From Eukaryota sp. GEM-RC1 (Eukaryota), in assembly GCA_040285855.1 (NCBI GenBank), contig JAUFOQ010000005.1:372001-436000 (forward strand): a DNA stretch of 64,000 nucleotides. The letters run 5' to 3'. Position numbers and translations under genes: made by a program. Shown here piece after piece: positions 1-12,879 of this stretch (the stretch's first letter is position 1; each line of letters opens with the position of its first letter). The notes beneath the pieces were generated by a model that was not told the DNA's origin, made no database searches, and saw only the letters and a program-made list of their open reading frames with translations.

Positions 1-243
1 TTGGATAAGCTGTATTTAATTTTTGCCAAACCCAAGTCTTGTTGCTGATCGTATTCATTTTTCATTTCCGTTGTAATCAATTGTACATGCATCACACAAC
101 AAGGAATTTGCATCTATGTATATACTATTAGGTCTAAGTAATAAATTCTCAATAGCGACAGAGTGATTATTGGTTCTTTATGTCAATTATAGGTGCACTC
201 TTCTAACAAAAGGAAATTATTTACTGTAAACTAATCTTTCGAC

Positions 244-2060
244 ATGTTCAGCAACCTCTCAATTGGTGTTTCCCATCCAATACTCTACCCCAAAAATGCC
301 ATGATTGAACTAATACATGATCATGGCGGTGTACATGGCGTACATGGCGACCATTTACATCTGTTAATCTGCTCTACTTCTGAAATGTCCAAAGAAACTA
401 AGATATATCATCAAGCTCTTGCTCAAGATGTTCCCGTTGTTTCTGAAGATTGGTTTGAAGCTGCCATTTCTTTAGGAGAATTACCTTTGGTCAATCAATT
501 TCCACCTCAACTATGTTCTTCTCAAAGTCACTGTCTTTCCCCTGTACTAACTCTCACTTCACTCGCTGAAAAGAATCTGAATCCTGAGCAGATCCACTTC
601 GTACTTTCTGAATCTGATTTGGTGTATAAAACCTTGCAAGCCAATACTCAACTTCTCGTTTGCTCTGAATCAGAGGCTACCAAAACACCTCCTCTCCCTA
701 AACTTTCCACTGCCCATACTCGTCAAATTCCCATTGTAACCACTGCTTGGATCACAGAGTCCTTTGCTGCCAAGAAACTCATTGACTACTCACGTCATCT
801 ACTCACTCCATTGTATCCCACTTACAATCCTGAGGCCAAACGATCACGTCTCTCTTCTAATGTTGAACCTCTAGATCATCCTGGCTTTCTCTTCAACATT
901 CTTCTGGGTTCTCACTTCAAGTTTCCCATACTTAAACCACGACTTCTTTTGGCTCTACATTGGCTCTTAGGAACAGAAGAACAATCAAAAATGATTTGGG
1001 ACCGAAATAAATCAATGTTTGGAGCTTTTGTTGATCGATATCCTGGTGGACTTAGGGTAAACTTTACTGGAGAAAGGTTGTGTTATAACTGCTCAAAATC
1101 AAGAGCAATGACTGACTTTAAGATCTCAGAATCAGAGTTGAACTATTTGCTTGGTTCCAATGGTAAATACAATTTGATTGAAGTCAAGGAACTTTCTCTT
1201 TTTAAACATGGTCTTGATGACTATAGAAGGGTCAGAGACAGGAGAGAGAAGTTTCTGTATAGAAAGCAAGAAATTCGTGATGAAAGAGTTTCCTTTATTC
1301 ACCATTATTTACGGTTTACTTTGAATTTCAGGGACTTTTTGTGGACCTCGAAGATCATTAATTCTGATTATTGCTCTGATTTCCTAGCGAATGGCAAAGG
1401 AAAAACTAATATGAAATCACAATTAAACAAGATTGTTTTTATACATAACCTAACCAAGGACTACTCAGATTCTGATAGAGAACTTGTTCTTGAACGTCTT
1501 AGACTTACTGCAGAAGTGACAGAAGAGATGGTTTTACGAGAAGTTCGCACAGTTATTTGGAATCGAAAGTATGGTAATAAGACCAAATACTTCACCATTG
1601 AAACACAAAAACTGAATTTATTGATGGTTTAATATCTCATCTTGATATGGAAAACTTCATATTAAATTTTAAACAAGATAGAATGCTGGCAAAAACACTT
1701 ATCAACAAGCTTACTGTAGATTGTGCGGAAGCTGTAAGGTGGTCTGTCTTCCATCGACTCCAAAAAACTGAAATAATTACTGAAAATTTAATTCAAAAAA
1801 AAATAGGTCAAGCTACTTGGGAATTGAAATATTCACTGGCTTTTGATAATTCAGGGGACATTGGTAATACAAAGGCAGATTATTTATCTGGAGTTATTTC
1901 AGATGAACAAATGCAAGAAATAATCAAGACGTGCAATGAACAGAATACTCAATCACGTGCTCAAAAGAAAGCTAAGAAAAGAGCCAGCTATAAGGCTAGA
2001 AAGAAAGCTGAGAAACAGGCCAAACAACAGTCTGATTTGTACACCAATTTTCACAATTAG
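244..2060 (+). CDS. Tandem BRCT-domain protein with XPA-C-like domain, copy 1 (frameshift near 1610-1645 separates the 1647..2060 tail)
   Basis: Two BRCT-like units (ELIHDHGG...HLLIC...VPVVSEDWFEAAI; QLLVC...IPIVTTAWITESF), then KSRAMTDFKISESEL...YNLIEVKELSLFKHG resembling the XPA C-terminal domain. The paralog at 43314..45028 reads straight through into the 1647..2060 sequence. Confidence 0.65.
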
Positions 2061-3357
2061 TCTCACTACGGGATTTGTCCATGTCATTGAGACTAAATCT
2101 GATGTGACAGTTTCTGTTGGTTACCTTTACGAAGGGGCTTTTTTCAAAGTTGTAGTTTTATGCAGTATATAAATGATTTGATAATTCTTTAATTGTTAGT
2201 GGTAGTTTTGTTAAATGAAATCAACCCACTAGTGGATAATACAGACGAGTTATTGACTAATTCTTTATCAATGATTTACTTTTCTTTCAATTCCACAACA
2301 CAGATTTCTACTGAGTTCATAGCTATAAGCGATTGCTATTTCTCAAAAAAGATCAAAGAACTGTCGACAAATATTTGATGATAAAATCTGGTGTTTGACA
2401 CGAGTGTTTAACCAGCGACAATTGTTAATCTCACTGAGACTGATCGTGATAATTGACAATTAGTCTCACAAAATTTCTTTTTTCATCTCACCTGACAACT
2501 TATGATCAATATAATGGTTTATTTCGATCCTACATAATCAACCTTGTTTGCTTCTATAAAATCTGGTTTCTCATTCCCTCACATACTAACGATAAATTTC
2601 TTCCATTAAGGTATTAATCCCTGGTGACTGATTGAAATAACTTCTTCCTGGCGCTGATTAACAACAGCTGACACTTGAGTAATTCTAGCAGCAGTTGAGG
2701 TAAGAGGTGTTGGAGTTTAGAAAAAGATGTGGACAGAATATAAATTAATTGTATTAAAATTTGTCATCATCAATGAACGGATCTTCGATAACGATTACAA
2801 TTAATAATCTCACTGAGACAAAATTTAAAGCGAGACAAATAATCAACACAAACTAATTATTGTCGACAGAGTATTTGTCTGTTGATGTTCAACAAATCGT
2901 GAAGAAACATTACATTTGACTCCAGGCATGAAAAGCCAATAACAAGTGTTTGTTTCAGTTTAACTTCTATTTTTGGTAGAAGTGTTTAAATGACTTTTCA
3001 GTGTTTAGATTCATGTTGTGTCTCATTGAATATGTAAAAAATTGTAGGTTCATTTTATCCGCTATCCAAATTGATTTATCTTTTTATATTCTTATCGGTG
3101 ACAGTGTTTGTACATTAAGTGAAATGTTGTATGTGAACTGTGGATCAGTTGCTCAGAATGCTGTGGTTAAGGTATATCATATTTTAGAGTTTCCATTAGT
3201 ATTTGTGTTATTTATTTTCCTCATTTTCATTTTAATCTGTGTTGGTCAATAACCAGGATATTTCATAAAATGATTTAAAATCATTTACAGTTGTCGAAGC
3301 AACGAAAATAAATTAAAATTAAATTACAAGTGTAAATGAAACAGAAAATAAGTTTGT

Positions 3358-3610
3358 TTACCTATTGTTAAAAATCAAAATTAGGTACTGACTTTTCCGG
3401 TTCACCATCTTCCTGCTGGAACACTCCGGTATCTTTCGCATCTTGACAATTGCTTTTACAACTAAAGTCTTCCATAGATTGTTGATTATCTTCAACAACA
3501 GCGCTACATTCAGCATTTTGGAGGACAGTGGAAACCGTTCTGAACAGATTGATGATGCGGAAGAGAATAGGTGTTCAACCTGAGAAGAAGTTGCAGGGAT
3601 ATATGACACC
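3358..3610 (-). pseudogene. hAT transposase C-terminal dimerisation-domain fragment
   Basis: YIPATSSQVEHLFSSASSICSERFPLSSKMLNVALLLK matches the hAT IPATS..ER.FS...R..L motif. Confidence 0.7.
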
Positions 3611-4306
3611 CGCAAAAACGCCTCCGTTAATAAAACTATTATGCAAAAACGTTCCCGTTGCTCGTGTCCTAACAAAACAGCGGCAGAGAACATTGTTTTT
3701 CCTTCTTATGCGTTTTATGATTCTTAACTCTCTCCCATTAATAATAATGGACTCGCCAAAGTTGCTCCAGGCTCTAAAGTTTTTGAATTCTACCGTGAAA
3801 CTTACAAAAAGAAATGTGATGAAAAGAGTCATTGTGAGATCATGTAACACGATTAGATAGAAGGTGTTTGCTTCGGTTTCAGGTAACAAATCACAAGTCT
3901 CTTTTTCCAACAACGATGAGTTGACCAGGAGATGCCGTGCACACGTTTTTCATCTCATTGTAAAACGACTCGTTATGTTCGTAAATTCACGACAAAGCTG
4001 AATCACAGTGGCAGATTAAGAAAGCAGCTGACTGAGATAGTTGTCGACATGAACCACAACTTGACTGTATCAATTTCAGGTGACGTAGCTACAAGATTCA
4101 ATTTCACTTATTTTTTGTTAAAAGGATATTTCAAACTTCTTCCTTTTATCAACTGTTTTTTCGAAACTCCCACAGGCAGTGAGCTTCTCGAGCTCAAATT
4201 AAATGATACTGAAGGGTGAAAGTTGAAGACTTTATCAGTCAATTTCACTAGATCGGAATTTCAACACAACTTCATTTTCTGTTTTTCACAATACTCCATT
4301 ACTAGT

Positions 4307-5188
4307 ATGTCCATTGTTTCAACTGATATAAACAGCTTACCTTGTTTATCAACTGCACAAAGCTTGGATACTTTTCCTGATGCAAGCTTCTGCCCTATTA
4401 ATGTCATTTTATCGCTTTCAAAGAGACAAGGAACGACGTTGAAAGTCAAAATAGTTAACTTATTCTTCCTTTCTGTTCCTACAACCTCTGAATTATCTTC
4501 GTTGCTTCAGAACTTTATACTGATTGCTGCTGCCGCCGAAAACGCTCTTGTTCATCCGGAGTCTATCTTTGAGGTGAACTATCCCAATTCTCAACGAAAG
4601 TGGTGTACTCCAGATGAATTCCCGGAAGACTATGTGTTCTCTTGTCATGAAAAATGGGCTAAGAATCCTGGAAAGAAAGCCTACGCCGTAATGGGGAGAG
4701 TCCAGGCTTCCAACATCACTGCGTTGGATCTAGCGGCTCTTCTAAAGAAGGAAACATCGGACCAAGCAAGAAGTATTACCGTAGACGATTTAATGGCTCA
4801 GAATCCTGAGTGGTATGCTCTTGAAGTCAAATCTTGGGAAAAGTGGGCCAAAATGTACGCAGAAGATCCTGCAGTAAGTGCCATTGGTCCTCCTGCTAGT
4901 CTCATCAATCCTTTTAGAGCTTCTGATGGCTCCATGGATGAAGAACTTATTTATGAAGAAGCTGACCTTATAGCACAACAAATAGGTCAAGATCTTTTTC
5001 AGCTAAAGGAGAATTTGATAGCAATCATTGACTCCAAAATAATGGAACTCAATCATGTTATGTCTGCTCGTATGAAAGTAGCAAGAAAGAGAGTAGCCAG
5101 TAAAGCTCTTGTTCTGAATAACGCTGCAAAGCAAATGAGAAACATAGAAAACGCAGCCGATATTGAGCATGGAGCTGACCCACTTTAA
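4307..5188 (+). CDS. Hypothetical protein (~293 aa), second ORF inside the Tc1/IS630-like element
   Basis: Open frame from ATG 4307 lies wholly inside the TIRs and converges on the transposase. Contains WEKWAKMY...GPP and a coiled-coil-like C-terminus. No family recognised. Confidence 0.7.
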   Translation: MSIVSTDINSLPCLSTAQSLDTFPDASFCPINVILSLSKRQGTTLKVKIVNLFFLSVPTTSELSSLLQNFILIAAAAENALVHPESIFEVNYPNSQRKWCTPDEFPEDYVFSCHEKWAKNPGKKAYAVMGRVQASNITALDLAALLKKETSDQARSITVDDLMAQNPEWYALEVKSWEKWAKMYAEDPAVSAIGPPASLINPFRASDGSMDEELIYEEADLIAQQIGQDLFQLKENLIAIIDSKIMELNHVMSARMKVARKRVASKALVLNNAAKQMRNIENAADIEHGADPL

Positions 5189-5314
5189 TAAACAACTTTT
5201 AAATAACTGCGATTGAGCTTACGGCAACACTTTATTATTAAAACAATATTCTTTGAGCACTGGTTCTTCGTCGTGCTAAAAATAAACGCACTTGTTGCTC
5301 ATCGTCACCAAGAT

Positions 5315-6379
5315 TCACCAGCAACTCTTCTTTTCCAAGTATGGAGATTTATAATATTCGTGGTCAACCCAGCCACTGTGATTCAATAAAGGGCGACAAT
5401 CAACTCTTAAATGAAGATCAAGGACACGATGAATAAAGTCGTTTTCGCTAAAATTGAGTCGAGAATAATCTCTATAAAGTTCACGCATTTTACATCTTAG
5501 AGAACGGAAGAAGTTCTCAATACAGTTCGATTCGGGGCAATAAGGAGGAAGAATAAAGTACTGGATGCCCATTTTACGAAGACCTTCAGAAATATTTTGA
5601 TGTCTATGGATGGAACATCCATCAAGAATGATTTTTGATCGTGATCCTCCTGACGTTCCAATTTTTCCTAATCGAATAAGGTCGATTAGGAACTCCACAA
5701 ATTGTTGACGGTCAAAGTGGCCATACTGAATATGGGAATGGACGTAGCCATTCATATCCATAGCCACAACGGCACTGATTTGTGAACGGGCCAATCTCTG
5801 AGTTTTTGTATTAGGTGACATCCCTTTGAGTGCTCGTCCACATGTTCTAATAAAATCTTCAGCATGAAAGGAGATCTCATCAATGAAAAGCAACTGGTAC
5901 TGTCGAATAGTACCTATTTCCCTACTCAGACGGTATTCAAATGATGCGATGAGGTCAATTTTCGCACGTTTGACCAACAATCTGCAACGTTTGTGGGTAT
6001 ACCCAGCAGTGACCAAAGCTCTGTGAATCGTTGATACCGACACATCCTTGTTTCTTTCATTTTTCATTAGAGTAACTATCTCTTTAAGATAGAGTAAAGG
6101 GTCTGTTTCAACTGTCGTTATTAAAAACTCAACATCACTGTCGTCAAGTTTTCGTCTTGGCTCGTGAGGTTCTTCAAAGAGATGAGCAGAAAAAACACGG
6201 TCAATCCATTTGGAAATTGTACTTTGACGAACACAGTACATCTTCGCGATCGTCTCCTGGGACACTTCTAAGTAGAAGTAGGTCCAAACAGCCCTACAAA
6301 TCGTATCTTCGGACGCATTTACACAAAGAGTTCGGAAATCCAAATCGGGACTAAGGAGCATGTTGTAAGTGAAGCCCAT
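5315..6379 (-). CDS. IS630/Tc1/mariner superfamily DD34E transposase (intact)
   Basis: N-terminal HTHs (SQETIAKMYCVRQSTISKWI; VSVSTIHRAL), LLFIDE, IILDGCSIH, then 34 residues to E in LPPYCPESNCIE. Confidence 0.93.
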   Translation of the reverse strand: MGFTYNMLLSPDLDFRTLCVNASEDTICRAVWTYFYLEVSQETIAKMYCVRQSTISKWIDRVFSAHLFEEPHEPRRKLDDSDVEFLITTVETDPLLYLKEIVTLMKNERNKDVSVSTIHRALVTAGYTHKRCRLLVKRAKIDLIASFEYRLSREIGTIRQYQLLFIDEISFHAEDFIRTCGRALKGMSPNTKTQRLARSQISAVVAMDMNGYVHSHIQYGHFDRQQFVEFLIDLIRLGKIGTSGGSRSKIILDGCSIHRHQNISEGLRKMGIQYFILPPYCPESNCIENFFRSLRCKMRELYRDYSRLNFSENDFIHRVLDLHLRVDCRPLLNHSGWVDHEYYKSPYLEKKSCW

Positions 6380-9300
6380 GAAGACATAAGCAGTGTGAAG
6401 ATGTCAAAAATGGGGAGAGAAGAAATGTTGTAAAAGAGAAAATGTTGGAAAATGGATTTAGAATGAGTATTCCGCCATTCTGAAATTGACTGATATGATT
6501 TTTTGTATGGCTTCTTCAAAGCAGTTTCTTTCCGGCGAGCAAAACGTTACCGTATCTCTGATGACTTCAATTTGGAACAAGACTGTGACGATTTCAATTC
6601 CAGGTGTCTGCATGGCTGCGATCTGCATGTAGTAGAGCTTCTTTGGTTGTTGCTAAATATGCTCCATTTGTTTACAACTGCACCACATTCGAATGCATGT
6701 TCCTTGATCCTAGGTAAATTTGGCAAAATATGTGCCCTCAACTCAAAAACGATAATCAGCTCAACAACTTTAAACAAATTTATGAAGTAAGAAATGTCCT
6801 GTTTTCGCAAGATGTCCAAGCACCGGATATCATTCAAGAGGCACTTCATGGTTCTGATGATGAGTATCTTGCATCACTTCAAGATCAAGTGGTTCATTAT
6901 GAGAGAAATGAGATGGAGCGATATCAAGAAGTAGTACCAATCGATATGACAGCTTGCCCTTTGAGCTGGTGGAAGATTCATAAGAGTGAGTTCGTGGTTC
7001 TTGCGTTCCTTGCAAGAGACTTTTGGCTATTCCAGCCACGTCTGTTCCCTGTGAACGAGTGTTTTAACTTCCAGGGAACATTAAAAATAACAAGAGAAGT
7101 AGACTCGGTGATGATTTGTTCACTTCTTGAACCCTGTTAAAGGACTGGTTGGAAAAGGGTTATGATATCTTAGAAGTCCGTATTGACGACGAAGACGAAG
7201 ACGTTGGTCAGACTTTTGGTGAAGTTGAGGTCTAGTACTACAGTCCAGGTGTATCATTTATACTTATTTATACTAATAAATTGATGTTAAACTATGATGA
7301 ACATTGGTTAATGATGCATTTCTATCAGCACTCACACCCAAGTCATTATACAAGTCAAGTCATTTTGCTCAAGTCGACTTGGTATGATTTGACTTAACTT
7401 GATGAATGACTCAAGTCAAAGTCAAGTCGACTTGAGTCATTGGACAACCCTAATTTTTAAATAGCAAAAAAAGTACTGGAAATTCCTTCCAACAATATTA
7501 GATCGTCAATCATGTAATAATGCTGTAATATTATTTGAAATATTCCTCTTAAGAATCAGACGCGACGAAATCAATCAGGAAAAAGTGATTGAATTGATGA
7601 TGTCATCAATCAGGAATCCAAAGTAAAGAAACAAACCTGAAACTCAAAGTAAAACCAGGTTATCCAAGAGAAATAGACATGTAGGTAGATGAATCGAGAA
7701 ATAGACTCAAGTATAGATGTTAAATCAAGAGTAAGTTAGAGAACAGACTCAACTAGAGTATGATAACGTCAAACACGTTTCCTAACACCGTGTTAACACG
7801 TGTCAAGGATTACTTCTGGTAACGTGTCACGTACACACCACTCAATTGACGAAGAAGAATTGGTCTGTAAATGAGATCATCGATCCTCTGTTGGGAACTA
7901 ATAGAGAAGTGAAGAAGAGAGTAGACGGGAGCAACAGCGTAGAGCAAAGGACATAAATATGAAGTTCGAGAGAGTTGAATCAAAGAGAGAAGTTCATGTC
8001 CTCTCCTCAATGTTGAACATGTAACCTTCTCCTGATCAACATGGGACGCTCTTAGTGACGCGCCACGATTCTTCTGCTCGATCCGATTCAACTGGAGGTA
8101 CAAATCTTTCTTTCCTTGAATATTTTTCTTCTCAAAGTCCTTTCGATGTTCGATCTTCACGTCTTTGCGACCAATCGAACTCCTACAGAGATTTATGAGC
8201 ATTGTTTGGTCTGAAACCAAACACTACCTAAGAACGTGATTACTAGTCTGAAGTCTCTCTCATTTCCTTTAACTAAAACTGGTGAATCTCCACCAAGCTC
8301 TGTCGCTTCTCCTTGTCCTTCACACTCCTTGGATTCCTTCTTTCTCCCTCTCAAAGTAATGTCTTGCCAGTTCTCTCGTCTCCTGACCTTTGTGACTGTC
8401 TACTTGTCAAACACTAGTATTCATCACTGATTTAGGCCATCAATTCAATCTCAAGAAAACTCTGATTTGAATGTCTAACATGAGTTACTATCTATTAAGG
8501 TACCCTATTTATTACTAATGACAGTGTTACTTACTTTCCAGCATTCACACTACCTAAATCTACAGTCTTTTGAATTGACTAATTGTTGTATTTTCTTGGT
8601 ATAATTTTCAATGAAAGTAATAGAACAGGTGTTTTTTTAATATGCTTTCCGAAAAAAGCTTTTATTAAGACCATGTTCATTGTTCTTTTTATTCTGAATG
8701 AGTCCAAAAGAACTTGATTAATGCAGATTATTGGATTCTAAATTTCCTTTTTTACTAAACTAATAACATTGTTGAGTGTTAGTTCTGAGTATACTTAAGT
8801 TAATACTACTGACTTAATAGTTACCTATCAACTTCTTCAATTATTCATGATCAATCTTAATGGACAGTTGTTTACTTATCTTCTTTCTACTTACTTGTTT
8901 TAATTACTGGTTTAAATGGTTCTACTCCAGTGGAGGAAGGAATTTTCACTACTCAGAATCTTTTTCACTGTCTTTTTCTTTTTATTTAGTTCATTTGACC
9001 TTTGAAAATAAATCAACTCAACAGGTCAATGAACTCAAAACAACTGTTAAAACTTTACTTTTACTCTTGTTACTTACTGATAGATATAGAACTCTCCAAG
9101 TATAACCATCATCTTCAGTTAGGGGTTTGACCACTCGAGTCATGAGGTTCTCCCCATTTTAAGAACACGGGCATGGTTGAGATGTACTAGCAGATTCATT
9201 TCCTTTATTCAGCTTTATTCTTTTTTTTCAGTCACTAATAAGAAGGTCTTGTATAAGAGATTTGATTAGGGGAATTTGACAGCTTGGCACACCTCTTGAA

Positions 9301-9589
9301 TCTTGAAATTCGAGACTCTTCCAACTTTTCAAAGATTTTAGGATCTTCAACTGACAAAATGTTTAAGTTCCTTAGATTGTCGACTGTGATGGGTCTACAA
9401 GTAGTTGACACCATTAAAAGATTGGGAGGCTGAGCTTCATCGGATAAAATAATTGCACATCTACCATATTGTGGCACAATTAGTCTATTAGAAGATTGAC
9501 TATGTGTCACAATTTTTTTTAATCAGAGTGGCTCGATTCCGTGCCGTTTGGTTAGACGAACGAGTGAGGTCTAAACAATCACAGTCATA

Positions 9590-10000
9590 TCTCTTGAATC
9601 AAACTGCTCAGGTGTAGCATACTTTGGACTCATAGCATTTGGTCTGGTCACTAGAGTTGTGGTTTACATGGAGCACCTGGACACATTCCAGAGCCATCTG
9701 ATATCAAATAACTGGGTGAAATTTACCCATCAATTCCTCAAGATTTTGACAAAGAGTAATTCGAGCATTTAACCAAATCACGTGATCATTCTTCAAGTGC
9801 TCAAAAAGAGCCACAGACTTTCCTATTCCAGAGTCCTGACAAGACATAGAGACTGTTTCTAGTACAAGAAGACAAAACGTCATCTATATCAGTGGATATA
9901 ATCTATATCTTGTGGCTGCAAGGTTTTTAGAGGTACCAAAATCAGCAACTCTAACGTGATAATCAACTAGGAGAATGTTGGCTGGTTTTTCAAGTCTCAA
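9590..10000 (-). pseudogene. Ser/Thr/Tyr-like protein kinase fragment
   Basis: LEKPANILLVDYHVRVADFGTSKNL and NAMSPKYATPEQFD, rearranged and frameshifted. Paralog at ~49640-49790. Confidence 0.75.
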
Positions 10001-11559
10001 TAACCAATTTTTGTCTAGAACCAACACTGTCTGGTAGGACAGCAGGATGGTTGATGGGAGGACCTTCCTCATTGCAATTGATAATAGCCGGAGTACCAAT
10101 TACAGACTTCATAAGTAGAAACTTCACTACTTGGTATGGTTCTTTAGAGTATCCAAGAGTTGTTGTAGAAACGTCCAGAAGTGTAAAAGTCACCATTTGT
10201 TAACTCAACACACTATAATTCCTTCTTTCAATGGAGAGAAAGACTCAGATGATATGGGTAAATGAGAGAAGTCCAGAGGGTTCTCAAAGCGATCTCCAAA
10301 CTCCAACCAATCAGTGGTTAATTTGATTTCATTTAAATTTGGAATTAATGTGGTTCACAAACAAAGCCTTGGTGGTTACGTCCAGCAATGTAAACGTCAC
10401 CATTTGTTAACAGAACTAGAGAATGACTATGAACAGCAGAAGCTTGTTTAATAGGATAAGGAAGATTGAAGATTAGGATGGTAAGTCACTTTGATTTAAG
10501 GGAATTTCATCGTGTTTGTTTGGAAAAACACCTTGACTGTTATGTTACCAAATTCAAGTGGTCAATGAGTTTGTCCACTTGGAAGTAGTGGACGAGATAG
10601 TAGAAGTCATAAGCATTGCTCTCATTGAGGGTGAAAGATTGTCCGAAGAAGGATTTGAACAACTCTTCAACATAAAACCTTGAAGTTTTTAAAATATAAT
10701 ATTTTCCAAGGATTCGATTGCAATTGATGAAGTAACATTGTCAAAAACAAGTTTCACTGAAGTCATCTAGATCAATTGAATCACGTTTCCAATCAAAGAT
10801 CCTAGTAACAATGAGTTTGTGGGAAAATAGAGTCAGCATCCACAACAAGAGAGGTAGAGGAAGATGAAGAAGAGAGATCAGAACGTAACGTACCTCCATT
10901 AAGTAGAAGCGTATCAGTTATAGTGAGAGTTGAGTGATCTTTGAAGAGGAGAACGACATTGGTGGACAGATTTAGAGAAGATATAGTGACGTGATCATCA
11001 ATAGTGACTGCTTATCATTGTAAGTGTTTTTACAACAAAGTGTTTGTCTCTTGGTGGTCAACTTCTAGTAAGTTAACTTTTACTTCACAAATAACTTTCT
11101 GCAACTTTTATTTGCATATTTAATCCACAAAATTTCATAACCAATAATCATCAACTTTGAGTGCTTCTTTTTGTGTAACATTTTGTATCATATGTTAACT
11201 GTATTGGTCAATTAATAGAATCATCACACTTTTCAAAATTTAGTCATGCTTTGACGTAAATGAATAGTTAACCTCATTTACAAATATAATATAAAATATA
11301 TATATGGAAGACCAATAAAACTTCTACAAAGAGTCATTTACAGGATCAGCGTTTGGTCTGAACTGCAACATCAAGATAACCACCCCCTAACGACTACTTA
11401 CTTTCGCAACGATTCTCAGCTGGATTCAGAAGACTTTCTACATATACTTTTTTTGGTGATTTTGGGATAAACATCGAGTCTGATAACTTAGAATTGGCTT
11501 CGTCATTTAACGGTCGTTATGATCACTTTTCTTCTTTTGCTGGGAATTGAATGCTCTCT

Positions 11560-11860
11560 TCTTGTGTTTTTCATATTCCCTTCACTGACGATCTCATCAA
11601 AAGTTCGAAACAATCATAAAACAGACCTATATTTTCAGCAAAACTTGTTGATTTTGATTGATCTCCACTTCTTGAAATGTCTCTTAAAGTCTACTCTTGG
11701 AGTGGATTATGACCCATTTGGTCGCATTTTCTTTAGTTTGATCCAACAACTGCCTACCGTATTTGACAAGTATTGATCTAGGTGAAAAATTCTATCGGAG
11801 GCGAAGAAGCTAGACCATTGACGCAGGCATTAAATGTCAACAGTACAATTAAAATCTTAA
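11560..11860 (+). pseudogene. Internally deleted LRR-family gene relic
   Basis: Family N-terminal motif YFQQNLLILIDLHFLKCLLKS is joined directly to a single terminal LRR. A similar deletion is seen at ~52050-52325. Confidence 0.7.
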
Positions 11861-12879
11861 TGACATAGCTTACGTAATCAACACTTTATCCGGTATCCAA
11901 ATAGTAACCTTACCACAGAAATATTAAATTTTAACAATCGAAAGATACTAAGAAATATATTTTCAAAATCTATTAGTGTAATAGATTGTTTTTTTCTTTG
12001 GTAGTTCAGAAATTAGTCTGAAAGAATTTTTTGTCAATTTGAAAGAATCAAAATTACCAGTAGAATTTGTCGAAACTACAAACATTAGTTATAAAGCTAT
12101 TTTAATAATAACTGTGGAATTGATACCTTCATACACTGTGTCAAATTTACGGCTGTGTATCAACAATATGCAAAATCATTTTTCACATTATTACTATTGT
12201 CGTATGTGCTTGGAATTTAAAATTCGTCGGAAAGTATAACAAATACCGTATTTGCTATTTTTTGTTCGATTTGAAAAACGTTTTTGTGTGCTTGCTGTAT
12301 AGTCATTCGATATGTGAGCTGATAGGTATAATAATATTAATTAATACTTGAATATTTTGACTTCTATCAATTTAGAATTCTAATAAATGTCTGTAACCAG
12401 GGCGGCGAAAACAATACCGTATAAAAATAAAACGTATTCTAAAAAGAGCATTAAGGCCCTCTCTAGATCACGAATGAAGACTCTCGATTTTCCACTTCAT
12501 GGTACCAGAACCCTGTATAAAAGCGTTCTTAGATAATCAGTTCTTGTGCTCTTTATCTTTGATTGTTTTTAAGAGTAGCTACAACTAATCATATCCATGG
12601 TTCTTCTTCATCACAGTCTTACACTGGTTGTGGCTAGGTGGTTTGGCTTCTTCTGTTTTCGTTAGTTTCCCAACGTTTCAGCACTGAATAGTTTGAAAAG
12701 CCAACCGTCGCTATAACCCGATCTCTAATGCTTCTTAGGTAACAGTAATTTGGCTTTTTTTGTACTTTGTTGATTTGTATTATATGATACCATTTGGTGT
12801 ATTTTGTTGTAGTCCATGTTTGATTTAGTTGCTGCAAAAAAATTGATATTTGTATGTAATTAAATAAAAGTTACAAGTA

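Larger units (their letters stand above)
4235..6493. mobile_element. Two-ORF Tc1/IS630-like TIR transposon (~2.26 kb)
   Basis: TCAGTCAATTTCA (4235) and TGAAATTGACTGA (ends 6493) form a perfect 13-bp inverted repeat that extends with CGGAAT. It encloses two convergent ORFs, and removing it rejoins the host hAT reading frame. Confidence 0.9.
3610..7452 (+). mobile_element. Decayed hAT DNA transposon, interrupted by a Tc1/IS630-like element at ~4235-6493
   Basis: Motifs occur in order across frames: RFMILNSLPLIIMDSP, RCRAHVFHLIVK (CxxH, ~3930), DVATRFNFTYFLL, LYDFLYGFFKA, SGEQNVTVS, MFLDPR (~6697), CPLSWWK...LARDF, IPATSVPCERVF. Right end reads TAGGGTTGTCCA (reverse complement, ends 7452) with CAAGTC/GTCGAC subterminal repeats at 7340-7440. 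Left end not found. Confidence 0.8.
7476..12010. repeat. Segmental duplication block A, copy 1 (decayed kinase/large low-complexity protein relics plus deleted LRR gene)
   Basis: Collinear high similarity to 47880..52480. The first ~1.5 kb also occurs inverted at 17987..19645. Confidence 0.85.

Noticed and set aside
2412..2868. Repeated TAATCTCACTGAGAC and weak inverted ends
   Set aside because: Too degenerate to define an element, and no TSD.
4223..4306. Extended N-terminus of the 4223..5188 ORF
   Set aside because: It crosses the TIR into host hAT sequence. The first ATG inside the element is at 4307.
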